Below are positions 61,116 through 64,000 of a stretch of DNA of 64,000 bases, piece by piece. A model generated the notes under the pieces. That model did no database searches and was not told the DNA's origin. It was given only the letters and a program-made list of their open reading frames with translations. The position numbers and the translations under genes are program-made. Source of the stretch: Faecousia sp. (GTDB taxonomy: Bacteria; Bacillota; Clostridia; Oscillospirales; Oscillospiraceae). The stretch covers positions 26,147 to 90,146 of the forward strand of contig JBGVKN010000082.1 of NCBI GenBank assembly GCA_045123795.1, in the 5' to 3' direction. Position 1 is the stretch's first letter. Each line of letters begins with the position of its first letter.

Positions 61116-62291
61116 TTATTTCTCCAGTTCCGCTGATTTTTCATTCATTTTGCGAAGGAGTATCCATGCATAGGCAATATAGAGCACCACATTAAGCATG
61201 GCCAATACATTCAGCGGAACGCACTCCCATTTGAACAAATACACGCCGTAGGTGCAGACGCTGACTCCAACGATTCCTGCACACAAAGGTGTGGTTTTTG
61301 GTAGCCGTACAGCCAAAATAATAGCTAACACTTCGTAAATAAACCCATAGCGTTCGTGCATAGAAGGCAAGAAAAGTACGCAGGTATAACTGAGTAGAAA
61401 CGCCATGATCAGCATATTGAGCCCCTCGGGGGCGGTCTTCCTGCGAAGCCAGTACAGCATCAGCATTGCAAGTGCTATTACGGTTAAAACCATACCGGGC
61501 AAGCGTAGGAGATGATAAGCGGAGGGGCTCATGCCATTGACCAACAAAAGCCACGCAGAGGGGTAATTCATGGCCATATAGGGATAGGAGCTGGTCTGCT
61601 TGAAATATATCAGGAACACATCCGACAGTTCCCTGCCAAAAAAGATTGCAGGCATGCTGGCGGCACACATGGTCAATGGTATGATTAGAAAATAGATTGC
61701 AGAAAAACTCCGGCGACGATAATATACAAACAGAAAAAGTGGTAAGATAAAAACCGCCTGTAATTTGAAAGTAAAGGAAATTCCCAGCAAGATCATCGCA
61801 GCCACATGACGGTGCTTCAGCAGAGCCAGCAAGGAAAGGATCGCAAAGCTTGTATAGATGGCATCGCACTGGGCCCATGCGGCGGAATTTAGCACCACCA
61901 GAGGAGAAAACAGCACTAGCCCAAAGGCAATGGTCCCTTTCCACAGCTTGTCCGTTTTTGCCATACTGGCAGTCAACACGCCCACCGCAGCCGCAAGAAC
62001 ATAATCAAATAGGATGCTCAGCAGCTTGTAGGTATACAGTGGTTTCAGCGGCAAATGGGTCATCAGAGCAATCAATGCTTGGTAAAGCAGGTTATAGTCA
62101 CCTACTTGCTGGCTCAAGCCATTGACCTTAATCTGCTCGTACCACGGTAAAAGAAAATAATAAGCATCGCCGCTGAGATGCTCCCGCAGCGGGAAACGCA
62201 CCAGCAAGCCCAGCAGACAGAAAGCCGCCAAAACAATGATCTGCAAATGCCGGTCGATCCATTCCAGCACCCTTCGTTCCAGTTTCAGCAT
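61116..62291 (-). CDS. GT-C fold membrane glycosyltransferase
   Basis: KLLSILFD, NSAAWAQCDAIY, FKLQA and LPSMHERY; many TMs. Confidence 0.75.
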   Translation of the reverse strand: MLKLERRVLEWIDRHLQIIVLAAFCLLGLLVRFPLREHLSGDAYYFLLPWYEQIKVNGLSQQVGDYNLLYQALIALMTHLPLKPLYTYKLLSILFDYVLAAAVGVLTASMAKTDKLWKGTIAFGLVLFSPLVVLNSAAWAQCDAIYTSFAILSLLALLKHRHVAAMILLGISFTFKLQAVFILPLFLFVYYRRRSFSAIYFLIIPLTMCAASMPAIFFGRELSDVFLIYFKQTSSYPYMAMNYPSAWLLLVNGMSPSAYHLLRLPGMVLTVIALAMLMLYWLRRKTAPEGLNMLIMAFLLSYTCVLFLPSMHERYGFIYEVLAIILAVRLPKTTPLCAGIVGVSVCTYGVYLFKWECVPLNVLAMLNVVLYIAYAWILLRKMNEKSAELEK

Positions 62292-62593
62292 TCTAATCCC
62301 CCCTATTCACCATACAATACCACCAAACAATAGGAAAATCAAGAATAATGGTTCGGAATGGTTATGGAACTAGTATAGGCGGATATAAAATTAACAGTTT
62401 CTTAATATTTGACATCTTAATTTTTTAATATTAACGTGGTATACTTATCATGTAGCGTAATGAAATGATTTTCATTTCTTTTCATTTTCCTACCTCTCTT
62501 TTCTCCGAAACACTCTGGGAACGTCTGGTCAACGAACCCAGGGTGTTTCACTATAAAAATCGCCGCAAACCGGGCAAAAAGATAAAATTTCAC

Positions 62594-62622
62594 TTGACAA
62601 ATCGGGTCAAATGCTGTATTAT
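62594..62622 (+). promoter_or_regulatory. Sigma-A promoter for the tRNA-Thr pair
   Basis: TTGACA-N17-TATTAT. Confidence 0.8.
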
Positions 62623-62651
62623 ATCAGAGTTGTTCGGCACAATTTATATAT

Positions 62652-62727
<76 letters not shown>

Positions 62728-62753
62728 AAAATCCTTGTGCCTGAACACTATTT

Positions 62754-62829
<76 letters not shown>

Positions 62830-62832
62830 TAA

Positions 62833-62866
62833 ATGAAAGCCCATTCGAAAGGATGGGCTTTCATTT
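62833..62866 (+). terminator. Terminator after the tRNAs
   Basis: ATGAAAGCCCATTC-GAAA-GGATGGGCTTTCAT followed by T. Confidence 0.75.
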
Positions 62867-62959
62867 ATGGTATCTATATTGATCAACTATCATGAGATAA
62901 CCTACGCAAAAAGCCTGCCGTTTTCACGGCAGGCTTTCATGCTTTATTAGGGACTGGAA

Positions 62960-63301
62960 TTAGACCAGCTCGATGACAGCCATCTCGGCTGCGTCACCGC
63001 GGCGAGCGCCGGTGCGGGTCACTCTGGTGTAGCCGCCGTTACGGTCAGCGTACTTGGGAGCGATCTCCTTGAACAGCTTGTTCGCCACGTCCTCATCGGT
63101 GATGAAAGACAGAGCCTTACGGTAAGCGGCCAGATTGCCCTTCTTGCCCAGAGTGATCATCTTCTCGACCACGGGCTGCACTTCCTTAGCGCGATAGAAG
63201 GTGGTCTCCATCTTGCCGTTTCTCAGCAGATCAGTGACCTGCTGACGCAGCAGGGCTCTTCTCTGCGTGCTGGTCTTGCCCAGCTTACGAGTGCCAAACA
63301 T
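62960..63301 (-). CDS. rplQ: 50S ribosomal protein L17
   Basis: RKLGK..RRALLR and RNGGYTR..RRGDAA. Confidence 0.97.
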   Translation of the reverse strand: MFGTRKLGKTSTQRRALLRQQVTDLLRNGKMETTFYRAKEVQPVVEKMITLGKKGNLAAYRKALSFITDEDVANKLFKEIAPKYADRNGGYTRVTRTGARRGDAAEMAVIELV

Positions 63302-63335
63302 GAACGTTTCCTCCTTTGTAAAAGGTTAACACTTA

Positions 63336-64000
63336 TTAGTTGTTGCTGCCAGATTCTTCGCTGGCCAGGGACAGACCCATCATTTCCAGCTTCTTCTGAA
63401 CTTCGTCCAAAGACTTCTTGCCCATGTTACGAACCTTCATCATATCCTCGCCGGTCTTATTGATCAGGTCGGCAACGGTGTTGATGTTAGCACGCTTCAG
63501 GCAGTTGAAGCTACGGACAGACAGATCCAGCTCATCAATGGTCATGGACAGCTTGGCATCGGGACGGTCGGAAACCTTCTCGACCACAGTGGAACCGGTG
63601 CTGACAGAGTCAGATAGGCCGGTGAACACCGTCAGGTGGTCAGACAGGATCTTAGCGCCCAGAGAAACAGCGTCCTTAGCAGAGATGGTGGAATCGGTCC
63701 AGACCTCAAGGGTCAGCTTATCGAAGTCGGTCTTATCGCCGACACGAGTGGGCTCCACCGTGTAATTCACCTTTTTCACGGGAGAATAGATGGAGTCAAT
63801 GGGAATCACACCGATGACAGTCTGGGGCGTCTTGTTCCGATCAGAGGAAACATAGCCGCGGCCCTGAGACAGGGTGATTTCCATATTGAAAGTGGCATCG
63901 TCGCCCAGAGTGCAGATGTGCAGCTCGGGGTTCAGGATCTCGACCTCGCCATCAGCCTTGATGTCGCCAGCAGTGACTTCACAGGGACCAACAGCGTCGA
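63336..64000 (-). CDS. rpoA: RNA polymerase alpha subunit (5' end outside window)
   Basis: [13 protein letters not shown] and [14 protein letters not shown] alpha-CTD. Confidence 0.97.
   Translation of the reverse strand, partial: DAVGPCEVTAGDIKADGEVEILNPELHICTLGDDATFNMEITLSQGRGYVSSDRNKTPQTVIGVIPIDSIYSPVKKVNYTVEPTRVGDKTDFDKLTLEVWTDSTISAKDAVSLGAKILSDHLTVFTGLSDSVSTGSTVVEKVSDRPDAKLSMTIDELDLSVRSFNCLKRANINTVADLINKTGEDMMKVRNMGKKSLDEVQKKLEMMGLSLASEESGSNN

Overview
Chromosomal window from a moderately high-GC Clostridia-type Firmicute (probably Oscillospiraceae; inferred from gene content and order). The left 4.1 kb is the right end of a decaying integrative mobilisable element: a truncated AAA/RepA-like gene, a relaxase that has lost its start and carries an overprinted gene, a small ORF, and an intact large serine recombinase. 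The recombinase has no stop codon of its own and runs in frame into the last 150 codons of the forespore regulator gene spoVT. The element therefore appears to interrupt spoVT, in the manner of skin. Next come a GH3 glycosidase, an AGCS transporter, a YhhN protein and a frameshifted ~1237-aa VWA/lipase surface protein with an internal sortase signal followed by a second signal peptide. The rest is mostly housekeeping: prs-pth-mfd, a lysine riboswitch with lysA, transketolase, murC, ddl, gdpP-rplI-dnaB-tilS-hpt-ftsH, rnj, miaB-mutS-mutL-miaA-hfq-yggS-sepF-divIVA, an Ile T-box with ileS, four tRNAs, rplQ and partial rpoA. Several families of palindromic or MITE-like repeats are scattered through the window, two of them inserted in frame in mutL. 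No CRISPR array or rRNA was seen. All calls come from reading the sequence; no searches were run.
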